A program made the position numbers and the translations under genes. Positions 26,910 through 37,129 of a stretch of DNA of 64,000 nucleotides are shown one piece after another. The stretch's first letter is position 1. Each line of letters starts with the position of its first letter. Origin of the DNA: Thermoanaerobaculia bacterium (GTDB taxonomy: Bacteria; Acidobacteriota; Thermoanaerobaculia; Multivoradales; Multivoraceae); the NCBI GenBank assembly GCA_942492505.1, contig CALOFD010000042.1, positions 42,188 to 106,187 on the forward strand, read 5' to 3'. The notes under the pieces are model-generated. The model saw only the letters and a program-made list of their open reading frames with translations. It was not told the DNA's origin and searched no databases.

Positions 26910-29492
26910 TCACGACGACGCCGAACAGCCTGGCGTCGTTGGCCAGACCTTCGTCGAAGGTTTCCCGGTAGCAGCGGCGAGCGCCTCGAGCGCGATCCGA
27001 GCGGCGTATCGGCGGGCGCGAACCAGGTTGCCGGCGTCCTCCGCGCCCGCAGGCTCGGCACGCAGCAGTTCCTCGACCTGCCGATCGGAGAAGAGCGCAT
27101 CGACGGCGTCGCCCTGCTGCGCTGCCAGAGCCTCCCAGTCGGGCCGCGCTGCGGTCATCTCCCCCGAGCGCAGGGTCCGGGCCACCGCGAAGGCCCGCCC
27201 GAGGGCGGTCGAGGAGGGACAGAACTCGTGCGCGAGGCCGATCCGAACGGCCTCTGCGCCATCGATCGACTCGCCGTTGACCGCCATCTCGGCGGCCCGC
27301 CGCGGTCCGATCAGGCGCGGCAGGCGCTGCATTCCGCCGTAGCCGGGAATGATGCCGAGCTTGATCTCCGGCTGCCCCAGCAGGGCGTTCTGCGTGACGA
27401 TCCGGTAGTGGGTGCTCATGGCCAGTTCGTTGCCACCGCCGAGCGCGAAACCGTCTATCAGCGAAACGACCGGGATCGGCAGGTTCTCCAGGGCAGTGAA
27501 CACCGCCATGTTGGCGTTCGCCAGGGCTTCGATCTGCTCGGCGGTCCTGCCGACGAAGCCGCCCACGTCGGCACCGGCGACGAAGGCGCGACCCGATCCA
27601 CGCACGATCATCGCGCTCACCGGCTCACCTGCCACCGTTGCCGCTTCGGACAATTCGGAGACGAGGGCTGACAGTTGATCGACCAACTCCTCGTTGAGGG
27701 CGTTGAGAGCCGCGGGACGGCAGATCGTCAGGATCGCGACGCCGTCTTCGACCGAGACGTCGAGCAGCCTCCCCGCGTCGGGATCGGCGGTTCTCACACG
27801 CCGTCCGAGGAAGGCCAGTTCGTAGTCGGCGATGCTGCGTCCCGGACGGTCGGCCTGCACCAGGGCGACGCCCTTCGGCTTCGACATCGTCCCGTCGAGC
27901 ATTCGCTGCTGGATCGCCGGCAGTTCCTCGAGGGACACGATCTCGAGGTCCTCCTGCTCCATCACGATGCGACCCTCGGCCAGCAGGCGAACGGTCTCGC
28001 GGGCCTGCGAGTCGCGGTACATGTGGGAACCGAGAACCGCGAGATCGCTGTGCGCGCGCACCACGATCCATCCGCACGACAATTCGTCGCGCTCGTCGTG
28101 GTCGCGGCACACGAACGAACTGAAATGAAGGGTGCTCTGGTCCGGCCGATCGACGACGAAATCGGGATTGTTGCCCTTGCCGAAGACGCCCCAGATGGCT
28201 CGTCCCAGAGCGCGGGCCTGGTTCATGAAGCCGCTCGTGTAGTCGTCGTTGGGCGTTCCCTCCGCCGTCAAGGGATCGGGCATGTCCCTCGGCAGTTCCA
28301 GTCGGTCGCGATCGATGACGTGAGCCTCGTCGATGCCGAGTTCCCGCAGCCTGCGCAGCCCGTCGCTGTCGTTCTTCGAAGAGGCCACCACCGCCACCTC
28401 GCAGGAGCGCTCGAGCGCTGCCTCGACGAACTCGAGGGCGTAGGCGTCGGCACCCCAGACCAGTCCCCGGCGACCCGGCGGCAGGCCGATCTCGGCAAGG
28501 ATCTCTGCGGCCGACGAAGACCGGAAGATCACCTGCTTCTGACGCATCCAGACCCAGCGAGCGTCCATCACGAAACGGCGGCCGTCGCAGAAGAACGTCT
28601 CCTTGTACTCGCCCTTCAGTCCTCGGCCGGTCGCTCCGAAGAAGGCCAGCCGACCGCCGGGCGCCAGGGCCGAGACCAGCAGTGGGAAATTGGCGCCGCC
28701 GGTGTGTTCGAAAACCGCGTCGACGAGACGGCCCTCGTTGGCGGCACGCACGGCATCCCGAAAGGGCTCCGTTCTCGCCTGCCAGGCTTCCGGGTCCTCG
28801 TCGGCGGCGAGCACCCCGAAACACTCGGCCGGCACTGAACGTCGGTCGAGGAACGCGTCGGCGATGCCGCGAGCGACCAGGCTTTCCATCAGCGGCACGT
28901 TCGATCCGATGAGAACCACCCGCGCTCCCAGCGAGCGGGCGATCTGGGCGCCGGCGAAGCTAGTCCCCTTGCCGCCGCCGAGGACGAGGACGGAATCCCC
29001 GGGACCCACCTGAAGACGTTCGACCACCGCGCGGTAGGCCGTGCCGTAGGTGAGCAGCAGCGCCGCCAGACGCTCCGGACTCATCGCGCCCAGTTCGGGC
29101 GGCACCGCAATGGCGCGCTTCTCCTCGACCACCGCGAACTGGGCGTTGAAGCCATCGTGGGTCTCGTAGCCGCGGATCGACCCACCGGTCCAGGAGTCGA
29201 GAATGACCGCCTGACCGACTGCGACCGACGACACCGAGGCGCCGGCGTCGACCACGATCCCGAGGGCGTCACTACCGGGAATGTGGACCGTCGCGGCGTC
29301 GCCGCGTCCGAATACCGGCACCGGCAAACCCAGCGCGGCGAAGTTGGTGTTGAAGTTGGGGCCCGTAGCGAGGATCGACACCAGCACCCTCCCGGCATCC
29401 GACGGACCGAGCCTCGGGGTTCTCGCCGACTCGCACCGCAGGACTTCGATCGGCGGCCCATAGTCGTCCCGTCGGAGGGTCAGGGCGGACAT
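26910..29492 (-). CDS. Fusion protein: crotonyl-CoA carboxylase/reductase-like enoyl-CoA reductase (MDR superfamily) N-terminal, enoyl-CoA hydratase/isomerase (crotonase) C-terminal
   Basis: The N-terminus carries CCR family motifs (ATGPNFNTNFAALGLPVPVF, IRGYETHDGFNAQFAVV, RWVWMRQKQV). The C-terminus carries the crotonase motifs (ILTICRPAALNALN, GSGRAFVAGADV, LIDGFALGGGNELAM). Start at the internal ATG 29492, 860 aa. Confidence 0.7.
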   Translation of the reverse strand: MSALTLRRDDYGPPIEVLRCESARTPRLGPSDAGRVLVSILATGPNFNTNFAALGLPVPVFGRGDAATVHIPGSDALGIVVDAGASVSSVAVGQAVILDSWTGGSIRGYETHDGFNAQFAVVEEKRAIAVPPELGAMSPERLAALLLTYGTAYRAVVERLQVGPGDSVLVLGGGKGTSFAGAQIARSLGARVVLIGSNVPLMESLVARGIADAFLDRRSVPAECFGVLAADEDPEAWQARTEPFRDAVRAANEGRLVDAVFEHTGGANFPLLVSALAPGGRLAFFGATGRGLKGEYKETFFCDGRRFVMDARWVWMRQKQVIFRSSSAAEILAEIGLPPGRRGLVWGADAYALEFVEAALERSCEVAVVASSKNDSDGLRRLRELGIDEAHVIDRDRLELPRDMPDPLTAEGTPNDDYTSGFMNQARALGRAIWGVFGKGNNPDFVVDRPDQSTLHFSSFVCRDHDERDELSCGWIVVRAHSDLAVLGSHMYRDSQARETVRLLAEGRIVMEQEDLEIVSLEELPAIQQRMLDGTMSKPKGVALVQADRPGRSIADYELAFLGRRVRTADPDAGRLLDVSVEDGVAILTICRPAALNALNEELVDQLSALVSELSEAATVAGEPVSAMIVRGSGRAFVAGADVGGFVGRTAEQIEALANANMAVFTALENLPIPVVSLIDGFALGGGNELAMSTHYRIVTQNALLGQPEIKLGIIPGYGGMQRLPRLIGPRRAAEMAVNGESIDGAEAVRIGLAHEFCPSSTALGRAFAVARTLRSGEMTAARPDWEALAAQQGDAVDALFSDRQVEELLRAEPAGAEDAGNLVRARRYAARIALEALAAATGKPSTKVWPTTPGCSASS

Positions 29493-29727
29493 GGAATCGG
29501 GGAGTCGACTCGAAAGCTTCGGCGGTTCTGCCAGGGACCAGGGTCGGGACGATCGATCGGGCATTGGGACCTCACGGGGTTGGAGCGGCGGGGCTGCCGG
29601 ATTCTAGGCCACCTCGGGCGATTCGGGCCGCCCTTCCTGATAGAATCGTCTCGTCCGTGTCCGACGAACCTCCCTCTACCAACCGCCGCTCCGCCCCGAG
29701 TCGTCGCGACCATGAACGCGCCCGTGG

Positions 29728-31086
29728 GTGCGCCGTTCGATGACGCTCCTGCTCAGTGGCGGTCCGCCCGTCGAATTCGGCATTTCTCCGGGCTGGGCGA
29801 TCGCCCTGGCGATCTTCTTCGTCTTCCTGAACGGCTTCTTCGTCGCCGCGGAGTTCGCCCTGGTCAAGGTTCGTCCGACCCAGATCGAGGGGCACCTGCT
29901 CGGTGGAGGCATCCGCGCCCGCCTGGCCGCCCGGATGATCCGACACCTCGACGCCTACCTCTCCGCAACCCAACTCGGCATCACTCTCGCCAGTCTGGCC
30001 CTGGGATGGCTGGGTGAGCCCGCCTTCGCGCGCATCCTGGAACCTTTCCTGGAGCGCTTCGGCCTCGGGCCGGCCGTGATCCACACCATCTCGCTCGGCG
30101 TTGCCTTCGCCGTGATCACCGTGATGCACATCATCGTCGGCGAGTTGGCGCCGAAGTCGCTCGCCATTCGCAAGCCGGAACCGACCACTCTGTGGGTCTC
30201 GGTACCGCTGTACTACTTCTACAAGATCACCTATCCGATGATCTTCGTGCTGAACGGCAGCGCGAACTTCCTTCTCAAGCTGATCGGGATCGAACCGATC
30301 TCGGAAGGCGACTCCGCCCACAGCGAAGAGGAACTGCGTCGCCTGCTGGCTTCCGAGTCCGACAACGACCTGTCGGACCACAAGCGCGAGCTGCTCGAGA
30401 ACGTCTTCGAACTCTCCGAGCGGACCGCCCGTCAGACCATGGTGCCGCGAGCCGAAGTCGTCTATCTCGACCGCAACAAGACGCTCGCCGAGAACATCGA
30501 GATCGCCAAGAAGAGCGGTCACACCCGCTATCCCTACTGCGAGGACGACCTCGACCACGTGCTCGGTATCGTCCACATCAAGGACATCTTCCAGGCGGAG
30601 AATCCGCCCGAGAGTCTCGACGAACTCCGCCGTCCGGTTTCGTTCGTTCCGGAAACCCTTCCCGCCGATCGCCTCCTTCGCCGAATGCGGTCGGAGAAGG
30701 TCCACCTCGCCGCGGTCCTCGACGAGTTCGGCGGAGTCAGCGGGATCGTCACGCTCGAGAACGTACTCGAGGAGATCGTCGGCGAGATCCAGGACGAGTT
30801 CGACACCGAAACGCCGGACATCGTGCGGCTGGCGCCTCACCGCTACAAGGTTTCGGGCTCGGTGCTGGTCGCGGAACTCGAGGAATTCCTCGACATGGAG
30901 ATCAGCGACCGCGACGAAGACACGATCGCCGGGATCGTGCTGTCGGAGATCGGACGCCGGGCCAGGGCTGGCGACAAGATTCGATTCCAGGACCTCGACA
31001 TCGAAGTCCAGGAGATCGACGGCAACCGCATCAAGTCGCTGCTCGTCAACGTCGACGAACCGGCTGCTACCGCGTCCTTAAACTGA
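29728..31086 (+). CDS. CorC/HlyC (TlyC) family protein: DUF21 membrane domain, CBS pair and CorC_HlyC domain
   Basis: FFVAAEFALVKV DUF21 helix, CBS pair, and a C-terminal VNVDEP transporter-associated domain. 452 aa. Confidence 0.8.
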   Translation: MRRSMTLLLSGGPPVEFGISPGWAIALAIFFVFLNGFFVAAEFALVKVRPTQIEGHLLGGGIRARLAARMIRHLDAYLSATQLGITLASLALGWLGEPAFARILEPFLERFGLGPAVIHTISLGVAFAVITVMHIIVGELAPKSLAIRKPEPTTLWVSVPLYYFYKITYPMIFVLNGSANFLLKLIGIEPISEGDSAHSEEELRRLLASESDNDLSDHKRELLENVFELSERTARQTMVPRAEVVYLDRNKTLAENIEIAKKSGHTRYPYCEDDLDHVLGIVHIKDIFQAENPPESLDELRRPVSFVPETLPADRLLRRMRSEKVHLAAVLDEFGGVSGIVTLENVLEEIVGEIQDEFDTETPDIVRLAPHRYKVSGSVLVAELEEFLDMEISDRDEDTIAGIVLSEIGRRARAGDKIRFQDLDIEVQEIDGNRIKSLLVNVDEPAATASLN

Positions 31087-31101
31087 GTCGACCTGTTCGA
31101 T

Positions 31102-32820
31102 TCAGGCGGCAGAGGACTGCCGTAGCGTCTCCAACACGCGGGCGACGATCTCACCGGTCGCCACGCTCTGGCGCTCCCGGGCGGCGCTGCGTAGCGAGAG
31201 TTCGACGTTGCCATCTTCGAGCGAACGAGCGCCGACCACGATCCGAATCGGGATCCCGACGAGATCGGCGTCCTTGAACTTCACTCCGGGGCGCTCGTCG
31301 CGATCGTCGAAGAGCACTTCGACGCCGGCTTCGGTCAGCTCTGCGTAGAGCGTCTCGGAGGCCGACCGTACCGCCTCCTCGTTCGGGTTGAGCGCCGCCA
31401 GCAGGACCTGGAACGGCGCCAGCGGCAGCGGCCAGACGATGCCGTCGTCGTCGTGGTTCTGCTCGATGGCCGCGGCCACCGTGCGCCCGATTCCGAGTCC
31501 GTAGCAGCCCATGATCATCGGATGCGACTGCCCTTCGGAATCGAGGAAGGTCGCTCCCATCGGTTCGGAGTAGACCGTTCCCAGCTGGAAGATGTGACCG
31601 ACCTCGATGCCGCGGGTCAGGCGCAGACTGCCGTCGCAGCGAGGACAACCCTCACCCTCGCGGACCTCACGCAGATCGACCCAGGCCTCGGGTTCGGCGT
31701 CTCGTCCCCACTGCGCGCCGACGAAGTGGGCGTCGGCCTCGTTGGCGCCGCACACGAAACCGACCCGATCCTGCGCCGACAGGTCACCCACCAGCGTGAC
31801 ATCGTCCGCGAGTCCGATCGGTCCCGCGAAGCCCGGCGGAGCTCCCGTCGCGGCACGCACCGTTTCGTCGCCGGCCAGCGACAGGTGGAGCACGTCGAGG
31901 TGGTTGAGCAGCTTGGTTTCGTTCACCGCACAATCACCGCGGATGACCACCGCCACGGTGCCCTTCTCGGTTTCGTAGAGCAGCGTCTTGACCAGTTGAT
32001 CGGGCGTGATCTCGAGGAACTTCGCCACCTCATCGACCGTCGTCATGCCGGGAGTCTCGACCTTCTCCAACGGCCTCGACTCGCCGATCGGCGCCGGCGG
32101 AAGCCGTGACTCGGCACGCTCCAGGTTGGCCCCGTACTCACACTCGGGGCAGCTGACGACCACGCTCTCGCCGGTGTCCGCCAACACCATGAACTCCTGC
32201 GACTTCTTGCCGCCGATCGTTCCCGAGTCCGCTTCCACCACCGTGTAGTCGAGCTGGCAGGCCTCGAAGATGTTGCGGTAGGCCTGGGCCATGTCGGCGT
32301 AGCCCTCGTCGAGACTGGCGGCATCGGCGTGGAAGGTGTAGGCATCCTTCATGAGGAATTCCCGGCCCCGCATCAGTCCGAAACGCGGTCGGATCTCGTC
32401 GCGGAACTTGGTCTGGATCTGGTACATCGAGACCGGCAGCTGGCGGTAGCTCTTGACCTCACCCCGCACCAGATCGGTGATCACCTCTTCGTGCGTCGGA
32501 CCGAAGCAGAAGTCGCGCTGATGGCGATCCTTGATCCGCAGCAGTTCGTCGCCGTACTTCTCCCATCGTCCCGAGTCCTGCCACAGTCCGGCCGGCTGCA
32601 CCGCAGGCATCGCGAGTTCGTGGCTGCCGATCGCGTCCATCTCGCGTCGGACGATCTCCATCAACTTCTTCAGTGAGCGCCAGGCCAGGGGCTGGTAGGT
32701 GTAGATCCCGGCAGCCAGCTTCTTCAGCATGCCGGCGCGCACCATCAGCCGGTGGCTGACGACCTCGGCATCGGAAGGGACTTCACGTGTCGTATGGAGA
32801 AAGTACTGGCTCCAGCGCAT
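31102..32820 (-). CDS. proS: Proline--tRNA ligase (bacterial type with INS editing domain)
   Basis: 572 aa with class II motifs (FRDEIRPRFGLMRGREFLMKDAY; GCYGLGIGR) and an anticodon-binding C-terminus. Confidence 0.9.
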   Translation of the reverse strand: MRWSQYFLHTTREVPSDAEVVSHRLMVRAGMLKKLAAGIYTYQPLAWRSLKKLMEIVRREMDAIGSHELAMPAVQPAGLWQDSGRWEKYGDELLRIKDRHQRDFCFGPTHEEVITDLVRGEVKSYRQLPVSMYQIQTKFRDEIRPRFGLMRGREFLMKDAYTFHADAASLDEGYADMAQAYRNIFEACQLDYTVVEADSGTIGGKKSQEFMVLADTGESVVVSCPECEYGANLERAESRLPPAPIGESRPLEKVETPGMTTVDEVAKFLEITPDQLVKTLLYETEKGTVAVVIRGDCAVNETKLLNHLDVLHLSLAGDETVRAATGAPPGFAGPIGLADDVTLVGDLSAQDRVGFVCGANEADAHFVGAQWGRDAEPEAWVDLREVREGEGCPRCDGSLRLTRGIEVGHIFQLGTVYSEPMGATFLDSEGQSHPMIMGCYGLGIGRTVAAAIEQNHDDDGIVWPLPLAPFQVLLAALNPNEEAVRSASETLYAELTEAGVEVLFDDRDERPGVKFKDADLVGIPIRIVVGARSLEDGNVELSLRSAARERQSVATGEIVARVLETLRQSSAA

Positions 32821-32840
32821 GGGGATCTCCGGGATCGAAA

Positions 32841-34687
32841 CTAGTTGGCGTGAGTGCTGCGGACGCTCTCGAGCAACCGGGTGCTGTCACGCATGAACTC
32901 CATCATGCGCTCGTGCAGGGCGCCCTTCTGTTCGTCCAGAGTGCGCGCTTCCGACAACACATTGCGTGCCTGCTCCTCCTCCCCCGAGGCCAGCAGGGCC
33001 ATGCCGAGGTGAGTGAGCGTGGTCGAGGACATCCCGAACTCCGTGGACTTCGAGAGGAAGTCGACGGCCTTGTCGAACTCGTGGCGCTTGTAGTGCACCC
33101 AGCCGAGCGCGGCGAGCGGGAACTGCTTGAGTTCCTCGGGTGAGAGCTCCAGCGAGCGGCGAGCGTAGTCGAGCGCCTGGTCGAGATCTTCCTCCATCTC
33201 GGCGAGGTTGTAGGCCATCTCGTAGTAGGCGATCGTACGGGCGAAGTTCGAACCGCTTTCCGACAGCAACCGGGTACCGACCTGGTTGCCCTCCCTGAAC
33301 CGGCCTTCGCTGCGCAGGGCCTCGATCAGGGTCGCGCAGGCGGTTGCCTTGAGCATTTCACTCGGATCGAGTTCGAGGATGCGACGGGTGGTGATCTCCG
33401 ACTCGTGGTGGCGATTCATGTGAAGGCAGGCGACTGCGTGCGACAACAGCACCGTCGGGTTGTCCGGCTCGAGTTCGAGAGCCTGGCGGTAGCACTCGAG
33501 GGCGCGCGAGGCGCGCTCCGCCTCCAGCAGGCGTTGCCCCTCGCGGAGCTGAACTCAGCCACTTCGCCCGTCACCTCGGGCAGCGGCACGGCGAGGTCGC
33601 CGGAGAGGTAGTGCACCAGATCCTGGTAGCGCATCTTCTTGGGATTCAACTGCTGAGCCCGGCGGAACGAATCGAGCGCCTTGCGGGTCCAATGACGGTC
33701 GAGATAGGCCAGGCCGAGTAGATGATGGGCCTCCTCGAAGGTCGGGTCGAGTCGCACGGCCTCGCGCAGCGCCTCGATCGCGGGGCCGCGCTGGTCGAGT
33801 TCGTAGTAGCAGTTGCCCAACAGGTAGAGCGCCTGCGGAACGCGATCGATCTCGACGGCACCGCGCAGGAAGATGACGGCCTTCTCGAGTTCTCCGCTGG
33901 CGGCGGCGATGGCGCCCAGGCTGAACAGCGGCAGGAAGGCGTCGGGATAGAGCTGCAGGGCACGTTCGAGGAATCTTCGGGCGGCCTCGTGCTCCCCTCT
34001 TTCATAGAGAATCACGCCGGAGTAGACCAGCCCGTCATAGTGGTCTTCGCGCGTCATCAGGACGCTCGAGAAGTACTCGAGAGCCCGGTCGGCCTCGCCT
34101 TCGTTGAAGAAGATCTCACCGAGGAAGTAGGCCAGTTCATAGTTGGCGCGATCCAGCGCCCAGGCAGCCTCGAGGCTGCCCACCGCCTTGTCGAGGTCGA
34201 AGCACAGGAGCGCGAATTCGGCCTCCTCGAGATGCTGCAGGAAGGCGCTGCGGCGCTTGCCGCTGTAGAGCGCCGCGATGCGCCCGCGGCAGTTCGCAAA
34301 GCGATCGCGCTTCTCGAGCGTCAGCAGTTGCGATCGCGCCCGCGACTCCCAGGTCTCGTTCCACTGGTCGCGCGCCAGGACTCCCCGCGCCTCCAGTTCC
34401 TCGGCCAGCGTCGACAGGCCGGTGTGATTGATCAGGACGTTCTTCTCCTGCTTCTGCAGCAGGCCGAGAACGCTCCGTACCGTGTCGGTCGTCTTCTTCA
34501 GGACTTCTTCGAGAATCGAGATCCGCTCGAGCAGATGCTCGTCGAAGGAGAAATTCTCTTCGGGTTGGCTCTCGAACGAAGCTTCCTCGGTGCCTCCGCC
34601 TCCCGACAGCACCAGAAGCTTCTGGTGACAGCGGGTGCAGAATTCAGATTCTTCGTTCTGGGGCGACCCGCAAGCCTGACAGAACAT
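32841..34687 (-). CDS. Zinc-ribbon plus TPR-repeat protein, apparently split by a frameshift near 33555 (listed ORFs 33416..34687 and 32841..33452)
   Basis: N-terminal CQACGSPQ..CTRCH ribbon followed by more than 10 TPR motifs. The downstream ORF's TPR helix continues upstream of its ATG (..RASRALECYRQALELEPDNPTVLLSHAV..) back to a stop at about 33558. That is exactly where the upstream ORF drifts into junk sequence. Confidence 0.55.
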
Positions 34688-34793
34688 TGGATCTCGATCC
34701 CGGCCATCCAGCCGTTTGGAGGTGGTGTGTCGAGGTGGTCCTGGCCACCGCTGCGGCGAGGCTACGGTATGGCCTGCAGCCCGTCAACCCGCG

Positions 34794-35726
34794 TCAGACC
34801 CCCTCGAGCCAGCCCTCTCCACGCCCGAATCGGGTCCGCAGGGAGGCTCCGATTCCGATCAGCGTCGCCGCCGACCACACCCAGGTGCCGACCCAGGGGA
34901 CGAACTTGAGCGGCGCCAGGATCGCCAGCCCGATCAACGCCTCCTGGAGAAGCGCTCCGAGGCCGACGCTCCAGCGTCGGCGGACCCGTGAGCCGAGCCA
35001 CGAAAAGACCGCCACCATGCCCCAGAGTTTGGTGAACAGGGCCAGCAGCACGGCGAGAAGGATCAGCGGGACCCCGATCATCACGCCCAGGAAGGCGCTC
35101 GCCAGCGCCGCCGCGAGGATCATCACGAGAACCGCCACCAAGCCGATCCCGAAGCACAGGAGAGGCTCCTCACCCACTGAACGCGCCGTTCGGCCGAGAG
35201 CCGGGGCAGCAACCCACAGCAGCGCCAGGAGGGTCAGGATCCAGCCGGCGATCAGGCCGACCTTCGCGCCCAGAACGGCACGAGAGAAGGGAGACAGGCC
35301 TACAACAGGGCCCTCCGCGAGCACCAGCCAGGCCGTCGAAGCCGTCGGGTACGCCGCTCCGCGGCCTGCGAGGACCGAACCAGGCGAAGCGATCAGTCGC
35401 CCGCCGAGGACGAAGGCGTCGCCCGACACCCGAGATCCAGGCTCGAGCCGGACATCGCCGCCGACCGCCACCACATCGCCCTGCACCTCGCCCCTCACCG
35501 TCACGCTGCCACCGACGGCGACCGCTCCGCGCATCGCGCGCCCTGCGACCACCAGGTCGCGACCCGCGGCCACGACCTGTCCCTGGGCGACCGTGCCCTC
35601 GGCGATCAGCACAGCGGCGCCTCCACCCTCCGAATGCACGCCCGACGACTCGGCCTGCTGGGCGGTCGAGGCTGCGGCCGACAGGGTCAGCGTCGAGACC
35701 AGGATCAGGAGCGGAGTGCGGAGCAC
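34794..35726 (-). CDS. DUF4097/bactofilin-like beta-helix repeat protein with signal peptide and C-terminal multi-TM region (LiaG/YvlB-like)
   Basis: Repeats of VxGxVxGDVxxxGxxV (VVAAGRDLVVAGRAMRGAVAVGGSVTVRGEVQGDVVAVGGDVRL..) followed by 4-5 TM helices. Last gene of the ECF-sigma operon. Confidence 0.55.
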   Translation of the reverse strand: MLRTPLLILVSTLTLSAAASTAQQAESSGVHSEGGGAAVLIAEGTVAQGQVVAAGRDLVVAGRAMRGAVAVGGSVTVRGEVQGDVVAVGGDVRLEPGSRVSGDAFVLGGRLIASPGSVLAGRGAAYPTASTAWLVLAEGPVVGLSPFSRAVLGAKVGLIAGWILTLLALLWVAAPALGRTARSVGEEPLLCFGIGLVAVLVMILAAALASAFLGVMIGVPLILLAVLLALFTKLWGMVAVFSWLGSRVRRRWSVGLGALLQEALIGLAILAPLKFVPWVGTWVWSAATLIGIGASLRTRFGRGEGWLEGV

Positions 35727-35891
35727 GCTCCCATCCTATCGGTGCCGGCGCCGCCAGGGCCGACGTCGGAGCGGAGACTGCCGAGGGGCCGCGAATCCCG
35801 CACCTACCGCGGACGAGCCGGGACCAACTGAAGCGGCGTTGCGCGCGGCTCGTGGCAACGCGTCAGCGCGTGCCATGTCAGGAGATCCGGG

Positions 35892-36395
35892 TCAGCGGTT
35901 GCCACGGTCGCGGCTGGCGACCCGCGCCTCGCGCCGGCGGCCGACCAGACGAATCAGGCCCGCCGACAGACCGATCAGGAGGACTGCGACGGCCAGGGTC
36001 GTGGTGGGACTCTCCCTGATCGCCTCTCCGAGCGTGGCCCGCGCGCCCGACCACGAAGCGGCCAGGAATCCGCCGCCCGCCAACAGGCCGGTCGACACCA
36101 GATCGATCAGGCCTTCGAGTGCGGCGATGCCGGTGCCGGCCTCGCTGCCACCGAGCAGGAAGGCAGCACCCAGCGCCATCAAGACGGCCGCGACGGCCGC
36201 CGCCATCCCCAGGGGGAAACGACGGGAGCTCCACGAGGCCTGCGGCAGGCGCGCCATGACGCGTGGCACCAGGTCCCGATGTGCCTCGATCCGGACGGAT
36301 TCGAGCAGCCGGACAACCGGGTCGTTGCGCTCGGCGACTTCGAAGTCGTCGGCGGGTTCACGAAACGGGTCGGAGGAGTGCAGCGTATGGGTCAT
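35892..36395 (-). CDS. Anti-sigma factor (single-pass membrane protein) cognate to the adjacent ECF sigma
   Basis: Start at MTHTLHSSDPF. A cytoplasmic N-terminal helix, one TM (MAAAVAAVLMALGAAFLL), and a position directly downstream of the ECF sigma gene. Confidence 0.5.
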   Translation of the reverse strand: MTHTLHSSDPFREPADDFEVAERNDPVVRLLESVRIEAHRDLVPRVMARLPQASWSSRRFPLGMAAAVAAVLMALGAAFLLGGSEAGTGIAALEGLIDLVSTGLLAGGGFLAASWSGARATLGEAIRESPTTTLAVAVLLIGLSAGLIRLVGRRREARVASRDRGNR

Positions 36396-36492
36396 CGTCG
36401 GTCGGTCATCCTTCTGTCGTAAATCGTTACGGAGTCCACATCGGAAGGTTGCAGTCGGACGAATCTTTCGAAAAGAAGTCCCGGACGGGCCG

Positions 36493-37074
36493 TCAATCGG
36501 TGATGAAGTCGGCGAGTTGATCCTTGAGCAACTGGCGGCCGCGGAACAGTTTGTTCTTGACGGTACCGAGGGGCATCGACTTGATCTCGGAGATCTCTCC
36601 GTACGACAACTCGGCATAGTGGCGCATCTCGATCAACTCGCGATACTCGTCGGGGAGGTCTTCGATCGCGCTCTCGATCGCTTCGGCACGCTCACGGTTG
36701 CGGGCGTCGCCATAGGCGTCGGGCTCACCGCTGGGAAACTCCCAGGTCGAGCCGCCGTCGTCATCGGGGCGCTCCATCGACACGACGGGGAGCTTGCGCT
36801 TGCGGACCACGTCGATGGCTGCGTTCTGCGCCACCCGGAACAACCAGGTCGAAAACTTGTACTCCGGGTTGAAACGATCGAGCGCATTGTAGACACGGAG
36901 AAATACGTCCTGGGAGAGATCGTGGGCATCGTCGACGTTGCGAAGAATGCGATACAGATAGTTGACGATCCGCCCCTGATAGCGGCGCACGATCTCGGCG
37001 TAGCGATCGTCGGCTCCCTCGAGCACGGCCGCGACGATCTCTTCATCTGTGGCCGTAGACATGGGCTCGTTCAC
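36493..37074 (-). CDS. ECF (group IV) RNA polymerase sigma factor
   Basis: Region 2 (RYQGRIVNYLYRIL..DAHDLSQDVFLRVYNAL) and region 4 (YRELIEMRHYAELSYGEISEI.SMPLGTVKNKLFRGR). Confidence 0.85.
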   Translation of the reverse strand: MNEPMSTATDEEIVAAVLEGADDRYAEIVRRYQGRIVNYLYRILRNVDDAHDLSQDVFLRVYNALDRFNPEYKFSTWLFRVAQNAAIDVVRKRKLPVVSMERPDDDGGSTWEFPSGEPDAYGDARNRERAEAIESAIEDLPDEYRELIEMRHYAELSYGEISEIKSMPLGTVKNKLFRGRQLLKDQLADFITD

Positions 37075-37129
37075 TCGCTCTTACGACCGCAGGAATCCAA
37101 GGTTGCGCTCTGCGGAGGCCGAGGAGGCC

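Noticed and set aside
25158-29564. Multiple plus-strand ORFs (e.g. 26790..27671, 27675..28838) and the alternative-frame minus ORF 27625..28824
   Set aside because: All are shadows of the NCS2 permease and the CCR-ECH fusion. Their translations are Arg/Gly/Pro-rich.
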